A stretch of DNA of 62,847 nt, the filler included, from Reclinomonas americana ATCC 50394 (Eukaryota), in assembly GCA_048213135.1 (NCBI GenBank). It is 5 parts of 3 records of this genome, joined end to end, with 100 filler letters (N's around TTAATTAATTAA, not from the genome) between each part and the next. Parts side by side here need not be neighbours in the genome. Positions count along the whole stretch, not along the records: positions 10,596 to 33,914 come from PS015471.1; 4 more parts are not named here. One strand, written 5' to 3'. Both the position numbers and the translations under genes were made by a program. The notes beneath the pieces are model-generated. The model did no database searches, was not told the origin of the DNA, and saw only the letters and a program-made list of their open reading frames with translations. Below are positions 13,201 through 27,133 of the stretch, one piece after another (the stretch's first letter is position 1; every line of letters starts with the position of its first letter).

Positions 13201-14679
13201 GTGCGAGAAGCCAGAGGAACTCTTTGTGAAGCTCGTGCAGTGGGGCAGGTGAGCGCTGGGAAGTCTTCGAAAGAAACAGTGGCGACTCTCTGCTCACTTC
13301 ACCTCCCCCCTCGCTCTCTCTGTGTGCGTGCACGCAGAATACATTTGCATCTGGCGCATGTGCCGCTGCAGGCGCTGCCGTCGGACGATCGCCGTACGCT
13401 TGCCGCACTCCTGGCACGGTTCATGGAGTTTGTGCAGTTCAACGAAATACCATTCCAGCACTTTGTGCAGCGCATTGAGCCGACGCAACTGGTGCCGCTG
13501 GAGGTGGCGCATGCGCGATACAAGCAGCACCTGTTTACTTCGAACGCGGAGCAGAGACTATCGCCTCGTGGTGCGTCGTCATCATCATTTCCGTTGCAGG
13601 AAGTTCAGTCGTTCGACTCACCTTTGCCCTTTTTTCCCTCTCTCTCAGCGGACCATCTCGAGCTGTTGAGTGCCGTGGCCACGTCAGACCCGCAGATGGA
13701 TCAGTGCTCCATTCGCTGGGAGATTGAGCAGTTTGCTCAGATCACCGAGACGTACATTTCGAGCCCGGTGTTTGTGGCCGGCAATCAGTTTTGGTGAGAA
13801 CCGATTTCCTCTCGTGACTCGCGCGCAATCATGGTCTCTCACAAACGCTGGTGGCTGGCGCGCAACAGGAGTCTCGTCTTGTATCCACGTGGCGATTCAG
13901 ATGCGGCTGGATTCATTTCGTTGTTTGTGCGGCGTGTGTCGGCGACCTCTGTCAATGCCAAGGTACTGTCGTGCACTCCGTTTTTTGTCTCTCTCTTTAC
14001 CTAAGAGGTCACTGACGCTGCTGCAGTCGTGGGCCACCTCGTCCGTCGCCGGCAATGTGTCGTTCCGGTCGCCCGACGAAGACTTTAGGGTTTGTAGTCT
14101 TGAGTGGTTTCACTGTTGCTGTCAACACTCTTTTTTGTTGGCCTGCTCACTCGTTCGCGCAGTCTGCCACGCCATCGCCACTGTCTCGCATGGACGACAG
14201 AGTTGCGTCTATATGCGCACGCACACGCACCATCATCGATGGCGACTGACGTGTTTCATTATTTTGCTTGTAGGGCACACCTACCAATGCTGACGAACGA
14301 ACGGCATCGCGGCCTGGCACGCCGGCGATGAGCATGACGGTCAAGCCCGGAAGTGAATGGGATCACGAGCAGGTTACACACATGGACCTGCGCTTCTCTG
14401 CGCATCCGGAGCCGCCTCATATGGACCCGCGTCGATGCAGTTGCGCAGTTGCCGCCGCCGCTGAAACAAACAACGCCTGTGCTCGTGACTCACGAGTTGG
14501 TGGTGACTGCAGAGTTGGTGTTCCGAAAAGATTGCAATGCGCTTGGATTCGGACCGTGCGTCGAGCGAGAGAAGCTGGTGGAGGCGTTGGGCGAGGGTGG
14601 GACTCTGTGGCTTCACCTACTGATGTGCACGCCGCTGACCTCCAGCCGCCGGATGGTGTCGCTAGCAGGCTTTGCGTGA
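10236..14679 (+). CDS. HARE-HTH + BTB/BACK + MATH domain protein
   Basis: TWCGQAEAVLRQIGEPLSVTLLYEKIAERGV...HPVEALKKAVY (HARE-HTH-like). DADVRLVVD..VYAHSARLTASCPFFAALL and LQFLYT (BTB). IRWEIEQF...SSPVFVAGNQFWSLVLYPRG..GFISLFV (MATH). Crosses two gaps, so a single gene is inferred. Confidence 0.7.
10540..10551. other. Artificial contig linker TTAATTAATTAA inside an N run
   Basis: Identical 12-mer with stops in all six frames, centred in N runs at four places. Confidence 0.95.
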
Positions 14680-14797
14680 GGCACTGAGGAGCGTGCATGC
14701 GTGTGTATGTGTGTGGAGAGGGGAGGACGATGTGATGTGGATAAAAGAGATGACCAATTTGTGTGAATAAGCAAGCATTCAATCCTCCGCATCCCCT

Positions 14798-17700
14798 CTA
14801 TTCTTGTATGGATGTTGGTGACAGTGAGCTGTAGCGACCGCGCTGTTGCTCGCGATCCCACAACACCACTGTGCCGGCCAGGCCGAGAAGCGACAGAAGC
14901 TGCACCGACGCGTTGGAGCTGAGGAACAGCGACACTGCACTGCCGCACGACGCCAGATACACAAACGCTGGCTTTGGCAACTCTGCGTGCGCACAGAGTC
15001 AGCAGAGAATATATCTGGTGAAAGAGAGAGAGAGAGTGTCGTGCAACTCACCGATCTTGATGCCGACAATCTCCGGCAATCCGCGTGTTGTACGGAACAC
15101 CAAGTGCGCCAGCAGCGTCACCAGCTGTGCCGTGGTCACCGCCAAGCAGCCAAAGTTCCACAACGCAGACAGCACAGAGCCGCCGCGAACGACGGAGCCA
15201 ATGATGCGGAAAACGCCTGTCCAGAAGAGCGGGAAGGTGCACGCGACAGTGGGCAGGATGTAGCGATTGTTATCGTTGAGATCGCGGGCGAGGAAGTTGT
15301 CCGGATGCATCAGCAAGAACAGCGAGGCGAAGAGGACAGTGGCGCCCTCGCTGGGGATGCCCCACACCGACATTTGGAAGTTGGCCAACTGCACATGCGT
15401 GTGTCAGCGTGATGATGATGATGACGACCACGACGACCAAATGACATGATTGTCGCAACACTCAACTTGCGCAAAGATGTACGCGGTAATCACGCCGACA
15501 TTGCACAGCAGTCCCATGCGTGACTTTTCTGACCGACTCAGGTGCACAACTCCAGCCTTCTTCGACAACGACTGCTCCGACATGAACTCGTCGCTCTTCT
15601 CCGTCGACTCCCTACACACGCGCACACTGTCAGAGACCAGTGCGGCAAGAAGAACTGCAACGCACTGCGTTGCGACTCACTTCTTGAGTGCCCTCTCCGA
15701 GGCCGTGAGCTTCAGCTTGAGCGACAAGGCGAAGAGCAGTGCGACGGCGGCATGCAGCGCAAAGAGCGCCACTGACGACTGTCGCTGCCACTCCAAGTAG
15801 AAGCCGGGCGGCACCGACGCCTCCGACGTGAAGTAGATGAACAGGAAGGAGAAGGGGAAGCAGGCGACGCAAACCAGCAACCTGTAAACAGATGAAGAGA
15901 GCACTTGTGAGCCGTGAGCGTGCAGCTTGCCATGACAACGCCTTGCGTACCCAATGATCAGCGCTCGCACTTGGAATTTCGATGTCGTGAACGTAATGTG
16001 CGCAATCATCATGGTTCCCGCCACGCACGTGATCGAGATGCTGAGACCGAGCAGCAGGTTGACGTAGCGGAAAATGGCAAACGACACTCCAATGCCGAGA
16101 CCCAGACCGGCCACCGCACTCAATGCCATTCGCGCAGCTGCGGCGATGATTTGTGAGGCACAAAGCTTAACTGCACCAGCACATACATCAAGGGGGACGA
16201 AAACGCACGAGGAGTGTCCGGCAGCGGGGCAAGGGTGGCGACGCCGGCGCAAATCAGCACCACCGTGAGGACAGTGAACCGCACACGCGTTTCGTCACTC
16301 GCTGCCGAGCCAGCCCACACGCATACGAGACCAGCAACACTGCAGAAGAACTGCAGGCGCTTGAGGTAGCGCACGTGCGGCAAGAACGACAAAGTGACCG
16401 GCAGCGAGGCTGCGGCCACCGTCAGGAAGAAGGCGCCCATGGAGAACGTCTCCGAGACCACTGGTCGGTAGAAGAGCAGGCTGAAGACGCGTGCCAGCAC
16501 CATGTTGCGCGTGAAGAATGCCACCGCCACGAGGCCCAGCAGGTACTGGGCGACCTGCGGTGGTTGAAGATGAAGAGAGAGGAACACTGTGAGTCATCCG
16601 TGTCGTCTCACACAAGCACACACGCAGGCGCCGATGCGACTTACCTCCAGCTTGGTGACCTGCTGCTCACGGACGACGGCAATCTGCATGCGAGCGAAAG
16701 CGCACACCAACAGGAACAATGGCGGCAACGACCGAATGATGAGGTCGGAGCCCAGCAGCACCATCAGCTTGCACGAGTACAGTCCAATCAGCACCGAGGC
16801 GATGTTGGGCGAAATTAGCTCCTTCTTGAGTAGCCTGTAGCGAGTTGCTATTCAGCCAGCACGACTGATACTGCTGACATGCACGAAGACACGAACCGGT
16901 ACGCAAAGAAGAGACCGCCCACAAGCGTCAGCAGGAAGAGGAACGATGGGTACATGGCTATGTGTGGCAAAGCGAGTCCAATGAGTGAGCAAATGAAGAA
17001 AGCGCGCACAGGAGATGGGGTGATGACGCAACGTTCCGCCTGGAACATGACAATCGTCTCCACCACCGACATGAACAGCGCCTGCAAGCACAGCAGTGCC
17101 GGGAAGCTGACTTGCACAACGTGCGCCAGCTGCGTCATGGAATACACGCGACGTCGATCAGTAGTCGCGCGACGCGAGCAAGCAAACAAGAAACCACACA
17201 TGCAGTACACAACTGAGCCCTTGGCCGCCGACCCACTGCGCGATGGCGACAGAGGCGCGTCGCCAGCACCACCCGCAACCAGTGTAGCACCGCCCAGCAG
17301 ATCCAGGGCCACCAAGTGGTGGTAGGCACACACCACAAGCAGCGAGAGCACACCCAGCATGAAGAGCAGGATGGAGAAGTGCTTCAGAGCAATGCTGAAC
17401 GAGCCGCCCTCCAGTGTCAGGCGCATCTCGTAGCTGTGCAGCGCGCAATGAGGAACAGGAGATCAAACACGCCGAAATTGCTTGCCACGCAACAAAATGT
17501 GTCCAAACGAGCGCGAAATGTACTGCAGCAAGCACACCGTGAAAGCGCCCACAGCCGCATACAGCAGCTGTCTCGCGCACACAACGAAACAAAACAATGC
17601 ACTTGAGTTCCTTTTCCAACAGCACCACCACGAATAATGGAGAACAAGTGGCGAACCTGGAACGAGCGCTTCATGATCCATGCTCCGCCTGCCGCACCGG

Positions 17701-19192
17701 CGAGGATGGCACACAGAACGCCGATCGGACCGAACCCCATCAGCACAGCAGCACAGAAGCCACCGAATCCGCACACCGACGCCATGACGATGATCAGCAG
17801 TCGGTGGCTGGCCGACGAGACCACTCGCTCGTCGTCGGCGGCAATCGCTGGCAATCGAGTGATAATCACCAGCAGCAGGAAGCCACCCGTCGCGGTCACC
17901 GCTGTGCCCAAGAACAAGCGGCCCACCATGCTCATGCTGACAAAGAAGGCGGCGAACCACTCGAACAGCACACGCGCCTCGAACCAAATGGACAGAATGG
18001 TGATGCACACGGCCAGCACAATGGTGTCGCGATTGACTGCGTCGCACAACAGAAATATGCATAAGATGAAGAATTCAACTTGTAGTCAGTGGTAATCCTG
18101 GCACGTTGCTCACCAATCGACGGAGAGGCGCTGCCGGCGCGCTCATCCTCCTCAGCAAAGAACGACGATGTCGACGCCTTGCGACGACTGGCACGGCCTG
18201 GCGAACCCACCGACATCCACCAAAGCAGACTCGGGCGCACTGCCATGTGCAACAGCAAGACCACCAGTGCGACCAGCGCCGCATTGTTGAGACCGTGACG
18301 GAACAGCGAATCGGTTCCACCGAGCAGACCGCCACCGCCCACGAGGCGGTACACGGACGAGCCGTCGTTGGCTGAGGCACATGTGATGAATACAAACAAA
18401 ATCGAGAGGAGTGGGTTGCAAGTGTTGTGTGTGCGAGACTCACCGGGTGCCAGGTTCGACGGATAACTCAGGTGCAAGATCCAGTACACCGTAGTTGGCA
18501 GGCCGACAGGCAACACAAAAGAGACGAGCGCGCCCTCCATGTCGGTCTGTACGCGATCCTCGGCCGAGGTGGCGAGGTAGCGCGGAATCGACGACTTGCC
18601 GTTGTTGCTGGTTCGCACCGGCGACATGGGCGACGATGCCGACGAGGACGACGAAGGACCGGCGTTTACCGAGGTTCCCGGCAAGTCCACATCCACAAAG
18701 CCGGGGGGATTGTGCACGAGCGGGGCGCTCGACGAGGCACGAGACGGGTCACTCGTGTCGCGGTCGTGGCGATGCGAGTTGGGTCCCAGCTTGAACGACG
18801 ATCGCAGCGGCTGCATCATGGGACTGGCCACGGCCACCAAGAGCACGGCAAACAGAGCCGGCACCTGTTGCACTGACGACGACAACGTCGACGCCAGCTG
18901 CAAAACGCCCGACAGGCTGGCGATCGGCAGGCAGACGATCAGCATGCGCTCCATTGCCTGCACGCACCAAGCAGCTGTTAGCCACGGCAGTTCTTTTCCC
19001 GTGACGCGCGTGCGTCACACAGACTCTTTGCGCTCACCAGCACCCATCGCGGACGCGTCCACTGCAGCCACCTGAACTGCAGCGTCGCCCAGAAACCGCA
19101 CAGAATCAGCAGAGCAAAGGAACTTGCCAGATCGATCGTCAATCGGATGGTGATGCTGCGGGAAGCAATGAGAAAAGGATGAGTCGGAAAGT

Positions 19193-19284
<92 letters not shown>

Positions 19285-19659
19285 CGACGCNNNNNNNNNN
19301 NNNNNNNNNNNNNNNNNNNNNNNNNNNNNNNNNNNNNNNNNNNNNNNNNNNNNNNNNNNNNNNNNNNNNNNNNNNNNNNNNNNNNNNNNNNNNNNNNNNN
19401 NNNNNNNNNNNNNNNNNNNNNNNNNNNNNNNNNNNNNNNNNNNNNNNNNNNNNNNNNNNNNNNNNNNNNNNNNNNNNNNNNNNNNNNNNNNNNNNNNNNN
19501 NNNNNNNNNNNNNNNNNNNNNNNNNNNNNNNNNNNNNNNNNNNNNNNNNNNNNNNNNNNNNNNNNNNNNNNNNNNNNNNNNNNNNNNNNNNNNNNNNNNN
19601 NNNNNNNNNNNNNNNNNNNNNNNNTTCGTTGACACAGGACGCGCAGTTTGGTTTTTCAT
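14798..19659 (-). CDS. Multi-pass membrane protein, NEF1 (No Exine Formation 1)-like; 5' end crosses a gap
   Basis: LCGFWATLQFRWLQWTRPRWVL|AMERMLIVCLP...PLRSSFK resembles the NEF1 motif WASLQFKW..LALERLLF..SSFK as I recall it. Many TM segments and about 14 introns. Start at 19659 is tentative. Confidence 0.7.
19194..19282. repeat. (CA)n microsatellite
   Basis: Perfect CA dinucleotide run of about 88 nt next to an N gap. Confidence 0.97.
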
Positions 19660-19698
19660 TTAAGGCGACGGCGACGGTCTGCGACCTCCTCCCCGCTG

Positions 19699-21188
19699 TC
19701 ATGTGGCTTCGGTGGCGGCCGCAGAGGCAACAGAGTCACCATTTCCGGTGGCTCTTTGCAGCACTGCCCAGGCGTCGTCGGAAACGTCGAGACCCCGCGT
19801 GATAATCAGTCGCTTCACCGGGCACACCGAGGCCGGTTCGCTGACGGCCAGCGCCAGTGCACGCACGCCCACGTCGGAGATGTGCGGGTTGGCGCGTAGG
19901 TTCAGCGCGCGAAGCGTCTGATTGCCTGGCATCTGTGTCACCTGGGCGCCGGGCTCGGTCTTGACCAGTTTCTCCTCGAACTGCGTCAGAGTCGGTGGCT
20001 TGCCCTTTGCTGGCGGCTGTCGACAAATACATTGTGTTGAGACGACGTCGATCGAGAAGGAAGTGGGCCGCAGAAGCCAAACCTTCTTCGGGCCCAACAA
20101 CGCATCCTCTCGTCGCAATTGCAACGCAATCAACTGCTTCACCCACTCGTCGTCTTGCGACGGCCGCAGTGGCACGCGATCGCGCAGCACACGAGACAGC
20201 ACCAGAGCACCCGAGTCGCCGACAAAGTTGTGACTGAGGTCAATGTGCAACAGGCGCGGATGCACAACCAGCAGGTCGGCCAGCGCCCGCGCCGCTCCAT
20301 CGCCCAACTCGTTGCCGTACAAATCCAGCGTGCACAGCGAGTCGTCCACGATGAGCCCATCGACCAGCGCCGCCAGGTCCTCGTCCACCAGATGGCAGTC
20401 GCGGAAGGCCAGGTGTCGTGCTACGTTGCGGATCTCGCGAAGAATTCTGCGTCGCGCTATGCATGAGCCGACGACAACAACAACGAACGAGGAAGTGTGA
20501 GTGAGTGGAGAGAGAGCGAAACTGTCGGAATTCTACTCGGGCATCAGAAGGCGATCCACCGGCGTCGCTGCCGGCCACCGCTGCCGCAGAGGCAAACTCA
20601 CAATTCTGAAACTCGACAAACGGCACTCGCCACGATCGCTGCTTGTTGCCATGACACGCATCGCGCAAGCACGTGAGCACCAGCTGCCGCAGCGCTGCAT
20701 TCGACACCCGAGTGTGCGAGATCACCACTCGTCGCACACAGTTGCTGTACTCGGGCAACACATCGCACAGCGGCCGCAGCTGCTCCGGTGACAGCGGGGT
20801 GACGGTGGCCAGCGCGGGTGCACTGATGGGTTTCACTGCGAGCGCGCGTGTCAGACACAGAGAGAGAGAGCAAGCAGGCAGGAAGACCGACCATCGCCAC
20901 CAGAGGGCAAGTGGACGCGAATGAGCACATCGCATCGCGTGTGCAGCAGCTCGACGTATGGATCCGTCTCTTCCAGTCCCGTGAGGTCTGTGTGAACGGC
21001 GAAGAGAAGAGATCGAGTGTGCGTGAGAGAGGGAGAGAGTGGGGAGAGAAGCATCACACTCACAACGATCACTGACCTGCCGGGTACGATGGCAGCTTCT
21101 CTGTGATCACTCGCACATGCGGATGCGCTGCTTCTGCACTGCCTCCACCGTATGCCTCAAGCACACGAGCAGCCAGCGAGGGAAACAT
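19699..21188 (-). CDS. RNI-like leucine-rich repeat protein
   Basis: SLCTLDLYGNELGDGAARALADLL, LLHIDLSHNFVGDSGALVL, LRALNLRANPHISDVGVRALA; five exons. Confidence 0.85.
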
Positions 21189-21234
21189 TGCGAAAAAAAG
21201 AGGAGAGAAATCGAGGACAATCACTCATCAACGG

Positions 21235-22579
21235 CTATTTCACTACAGAACAGAAACGCACAGTTTGGTTCCGCCATCGCATTCCGTTCACAAAGCTCTC
21301 CGCGTCGGTCACTCGCTTGCCTGGTCGTTGCAGCGAGGTGACGACGAGCAGCTGCGTGCCGGCTGCCAATGATGAATCGGCGCAGCGCACGAGCAGTCCG
21401 TTGATGTTGTCGGGCAGCAGTCCGCGACGCCACACTGCGTCGCCAGGCTGCGCCGTGTCGAGCCACTGGCGCAGTGCGTCGTTCACTTGCGTGCCATTGG
21501 CGACGGAATGCACGTGGCAGGCGCGCAGCAGCACGGCGTTGTGATCAAAGTCGACCGTGTCTCCATTTGCAATGGTCCCTCCGAGAAGCACACGACAGCC
21601 GACATTATCGTCGGTGGCACGCCACATGTTGCAGATGGCGGTCGCTGTGTGCGTCGCTGGATCCACAACGCCGGTGGCGGTGGTGACTTTGGGGGCGGCG
21701 GTGACTTGCGATGCATCCTGCGAGACGGCGGCGCTGGAGAGCGTCTCCCACTCGAGAATAGTGCGTTCCAGCGCTGCAGCGCCCACTGCACATGGACGAG
21801 TGAGACGCCTGCACGCGCGCACACACACACGAATGGGAGATGCACACAACTCTCCGCCAAGTGTGCCCGCAGCTGCTTGTACATCCAGTCGTCGGGTATT
21901 CTCTTCATGCACAAACGCAGTCAGCACCTGCCACGCGCGACGAGGAGGAAGCCACGACGCACCATGCGCTCCTGCAACAGAATCCGCCCAGCATCAAACC
22001 TCTCCGGATGCACCTCAATGATCGACACGCCCGTCTCCTTGTCGCCCGCAATCAGCGTGTGATGCATCGGCGCCGCCCCTCGATGCCTACGAGCGCACTC
22101 AGCACACACGAGCATCACACACGCGCGCGTCTCTCCGCACCTCGGCAGCAACGACGGATGCATGTTGATGGCACCGTACGGAAACGCCTGGATCACCCGC
22201 GGTGGCAGAAAGTACCGGAACGACACCACCACGCCCAAGTCAAAGGGCGACTCGTCACACATCGGAACCTGCGCATCAATCAGTCTCCTGCTCCTCATCG
22301 CCTTCCCCACCCCCCCATGACGCTCACCGCCCACGACTTGAGTGACAGTGGATCGTCGGGTGTGTGCACGGTGAGACCCTGCGCAGTGGCAAAGCGACGC
22401 AGCGGCGACTGCGGATCGCTGCTTTTCCCGCCACTCTCGGGCGGACACACCACATGCAGTCGCCACGGCTCTTGCGGCGTGCGTTGCATCATCTGCAGCA
22501 GTCGACGCAGCGACGCCACGCTGACGTCATCCGAGCCGAAGAAGAGCAGGCGGCGAGGCGGTAATGCAGTCAGGCGCAT
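21235..22579 (-). CDS. MTFMT: Methionyl-tRNA formyltransferase (probably mitochondrial)
   Basis: LLFFGSDDVS, DLGVVVSFRYFLP, GAINMHPSLLPR|HRGAAPMHHTLIAGDKETGVSII...FDAGRIL. Confidence 0.92.
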
Positions 22580-22645
22580 CAGTCGGAAGAGAGGGGACAG
22601 ATCGATTGTGCAACCGACGACTCATCAATCATCTTGTGTGCAAGT

Positions 22646-23998
22646 ATGAGCGGCGGTGACGCCATGGAGTTTCTGGTGGCAGAGGTGCAGCGGATGTGGG
22701 CCAAGCTGGTCGATGTGGCGTCCTCAAACTTCCACTGGGAAGAGTTTGTGCGACCGTGGGACATGGCGAAAGGTACACACACACTCTCTCTCACACGCAC
22801 GCACACACACGAGAGAGACTCCATGAGCGTGTGAGCGAGAGAGCGCGCGGTTGCATCGCATCTCAAATTAGTTTTGCGTGCATGCATGCAGGATGGGATT
22901 GGTCGCAACTCGTCAATCCCTCCGCGTTTGAGTGGCACTCTGCGCCGTTTTCGAATCTGGCATTCGTGGTGTGGGCCTCGATTGCGTACTTGACCGTGGT
23001 CGTTGTCCTCAAGCTGTGCATGAGCTCGCGCAAGGTCGGCCTGCCGATTCGGCCAATGGTCGCACTGCACAATTACCACTTGCTGCTCATCTCCGTCGCC
23101 ATGTCCGTCGGCACCATCTGTGCTGTTGCGTGTTTTTTTATTCTTCTCCCTTGCATCTTCTGCTGCTGCTGTGCGTGAGTGTGGGCTCAGCGCCCCCTTT
23201 CCGCAGGTGTGGAAGATCCTGGTGAATCACATGTCGTCGGTCAGCGAGTTTTTCGAGTCGTGGGGATGCGACACGGCGGGCGAGATGAGCGTCGGAGCTG
23301 TGCGCTACTGGTGCTACATTTTCTACATCTCCAAGGTGGGCAGGCAGGAGCCGTTTCGCTGTTGTTGGTTGTGCAGCCTGCTGACGATTGCTGCTGCTTG
23401 CTGCTAGTTTTACGAGTTGCTCGACACGATGGTGCTGGTGCTGCGCAAGCGCGACATCTCGTTCCTGCACATCTTCCATCACTTTATTGTGATGTACCTC
23501 TTCTGGATGTTCATGGAGATTAAGCTCAGCATCCACTGGGTGGCGGTGTTGTTGAACGTTGCGTCGGGATAGACGTGAGCCGTGTGAGGCGCAAACCGGC
23601 GCACTGACGATTTCTTGCTTCCTCTCCGACAGTCGCTGGTGCACGTCCTCATGTACTACTACTACATGATGACATCGTTTGGGCAGCCGCCGCGCTGGAA
23701 GCGCATGGTCACCAAGCTGCAGGTATTGATTGCATCGAAAAAATCGTGTAGTCACTGTGGATGGCACACTCAGCTCGTCGATGCGTGCATGCTGTCACAG
23801 ATTCTGCAGTTCGTGTCCGACATGCTCTTTGGCTGGCCCTACGTGTACTACCACTACATCGACGAGAAGAAGTGCACCGGTCACCCGATTGGCTTCTGGT
23901 CCGGCTTCACCATCGGCTCCATTTTCATCGTGTTGTTCAGTCGCCTCTTGTGCTGTGGTGGCGCGCGCTCCGCCGACAGCAAAGAGAAGGAGGAGTAG
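22646..23998 (+). CDS. GNS1/SUR4 (ELO) fatty-acid elongase
   Basis: FYISK|FYELLDTMVLVLRK..ISFLHIFHH...LLN|SLVHVLMYYYY...WKRMVTKLQ|ILQF. Confidence 0.95.
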
Positions 23999-24101
23999 CA
24001 CGCGCTGCGTCGTATCTTTCTCTTCTTTCTTCGCCCGAGACAAGCCAAAAAGCGTCTTGTCTCACCACCCCCTTCAACCTACAATATATGCATGTCCATT
24101 T

Positions 24102-27081
24102 CTATTCGGTAGCCACTTCTTCTGCTTCCGCAGGTTCCTCTCCATCTCGCTGCTGCTGCTGCTGCTGCTCCGCCTCCCGTAGCCGTTGCTGCTGCGCGAT
24201 CTGCTTCTTGAACTGCGAGTACTGGCGCAGAATACCGCGAATGTCGGCCACTTCGCCGGCAAACTCGGGCTTGTCGCGCACCCGTGTCAGGTAGTCCTCG
24301 AACGCGGACGCCATGCGTGCGGCAATCGAGGCGTCGGTGAAGCCGCCCACGCCCCACGCACGATGCAGCGCGATGCCGAGGTTCTGCAGTGGCACACAAC
24401 ACGTTGATACCAAGGAAAAAACAACCACTTTCCACTCCCTCCCACCCTCCACTCTCTCACCTTGAAAATGTAGTCCGGCATCGGCTCTCCCACATCCTCC
24501 TTCATGATGGCCTCCAGATCGGCGGCCATGAACTCCCAGATGCGCTGCAGCTTGACCCGCTGGCGAGTCACGTAGTCGCGCTCGGCAGGGCTGTCGGGAC
24601 CCGTCGGTGCAATGGCGTCGGCACCCTCCGCCAGCGCGCGAGTCATAAAGTAGTGCACGCGGTTGTGGTGCACAATGATAAAGTCGTGGCACGCAATGCG
24701 CTCCCACGTGCCCTCGGGATACTTGATCGGATCGCAACGCGGGAACGTGCCCAGCGGTACCAACGCATGCCGCGTGACCTCCAACAACCGATAGGCCTCG
24801 TGCGACACAATGTTGGCGCGTCCCGACACATACTCACGCGGCATCATGCGCTCCGCAAAGCCGTGTGGCACCAGCACGAACGAGGCCTTGTAGGAGTCGT
24901 CGCCAGCCTTGACGCCGTAACACGTGTAAATGTCGCGCTGGGGAATGTTGGCGTTGACAAAGTCGAGCATCGTGTACCCGCCCCGCTCCGTCGGACTGTA
25001 CAACTCGCCGGGGAAGATGACGGTGCCGGGGAGGCCTTGCGTCTCCAGCGTACGCACGTAGTTGGGAGCAAACCACTGATACGACATCATCTCCTGGTCG
25101 AGGACCACCACGTCGGTGCGGTAGCCCTCGCACTCCTGCACGTAGCGCACGGCGTTCGCCACCAGGTCGCCGCGCGTCAGCAATATCGCACCCGGAGTCA
25201 ACGGCATCAGCACTCCACGCCCAAATGCCGCAATGATGCTGTGCAGTCGGGGACGGGGAACAAACACAGCAGTAAGCATTCTGGCGGAGGCGGCAAGTGT
25301 CGACACTGCGGACGCAACTCATTGTCACTCTGGTTGGCGAGACGGTACCGCAGCGCGACCACGGTGACCAGCAGTGCCACAGCCAGTGCCTGCAGTACCC
25401 ACTGCGTGTACGGCTGCTGCTTTGGCGAGGCCTCTGCACTCGACGACGATGCCGGTCCATCCACAGGATTTGCATTGTCAGCGGCCGGCGCCGGCGCGAG
25501 TCCCAGCACGCGACACACGGCATGCACTCCAATGCCAATCACCACGCACACCAGCAGATCCGGCTGCATCCAGAAGCGCGACACCACGTTGGCCATCAGC
25601 GGCTTGTCGGGATCGAGATTGGCGCGTGAGTGGAAAAACACCAAGTACAGCGCCAGGGCACCCAGCCACGGGAATGCCAGTCGACCAACACCGCGCGACA
25701 GAACTAATCGGTGAGAGAGAAGGGGGGAGAGATGAGAACCAGACCACTGGCACGCAATGCACGCAAACACACCGTTGAGCGACGAACGACGACGCCAGGC
25801 CGCCAAAAACGCCACCGCACCAATGCCAAACAGCACGAGGCCGGTGTGCCACGTCACTGACTGCACGTGCGCAGCGTAGCTGCCGAGGCCGCGCATCAAA
25901 TCCGGCGGCACTGTGTTGTCGCCACGCGAGGCCAGCTGGAAGGTGCCGTACTCCTCGCGCGACATGTGGCGAAGGAGGCCCGACACGGACAACATGTCAC
26001 CTGCACCAGTGCGCGGTCTGTCTCTGATGACGTGACGGACGCGCGACGAGAGAATGCATACGAACCCCAGGTGTGCGCTGGCGATGCCAGAGCGGCTGCG
26101 ATTGGCATGTAGAGATATGGCGTCAGACCAAGCGCAAAGTAGCCGGCGAGTTGCAGGATCAGGCGTCGGAATGACGCCCACGAAGACGCCGCACGCGGAA
26201 CGGTGGCCAGCACCCACACAATGATGGGAAACTCGTACAGTACCAGCGTGTGCTGGTTGGACAGACCGAGTCCACAGACGAGAGCGCCCATACGGCACAG
26301 CCACAACTGTCGCCCGGTGAAGATGACCGGTGCCCTCTTGACTGGCGACGCTGGCGCCGCCTTCTTCGGTGCCGGCACAGGACTGCTGTCGGCCTTGAGC
26401 TTCGCCGCACCGGTTTCCTCATCGCTGTCCACCTGCAGCGCCAGCTCCACCGACAGCCACAACAGCGCCACCACAAACAAGTTGTTCAAGGCAAACACCT
26501 CGGCGCCGATCGAGAACTCCCACGTGAGCGGACTAAAGGCGAACAGGGTCGTGGCCACAAGCGACGCCGCCACGTTCTTGGTCAGTCGCCAGCACACCGC
26601 GAACACGCCCGCCGCAGTCAGCGAGGCCAACACGGCGTTGGCCAGATTTGCCCGCCACGCTGGCGACGGGCCGGCAGTCTGCGGAAACACGCCCAGCACA
26701 CTCATGGCCGCACGTGCAAACATGGTGAAGAGTGGATATCCAGGCGGATGTGCCACGCCAAAGTTGCTGGCTGTCAACACACGACGCCGATGAGAAGTCG
26801 GAAGACAACTCTTCTCTTGCAATACATGCATGCATGCGTGAAATATGATGACGCATACATCTCACTCACACTCACACACACGCATTCTCTTTCTCTCTCT
26901 CTCGCTCACACACACTCACTCCTCTCTCTCTCCTCTGCCTCGCACACACACAGAGAGAAGACTGACCGACGGCCAGCAGCTCTCCGCTGTCACCACCCGG
27001 TACACTCTTGTACAGCGTGGAGCTGTACACGGCCAGTGCCACCGCAAAGCACACGAAACACCATCGTCGCCACGACTCCAT
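24102..27081 (-). CDS. TMEM260: TMEM260 / DUF2723 protein O-mannosyltransferase family
   Basis: [73 protein letters not shown]. Confidence 0.92.
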
Positions 27082-27133
27082 CACAAATCACTTTTTCTTC
27101 CCTTCACTCTCTGAACGAATTGCCGGCGGCTGG

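Noticed and set aside
18073..18079. GTTGAAT as a shifted donor (also GTTGCTC near 31274)
   Set aside because: Upstream G|GTGAGC (18114) and G|GTGAGG (near 31298) give the right phase and typical intron length.
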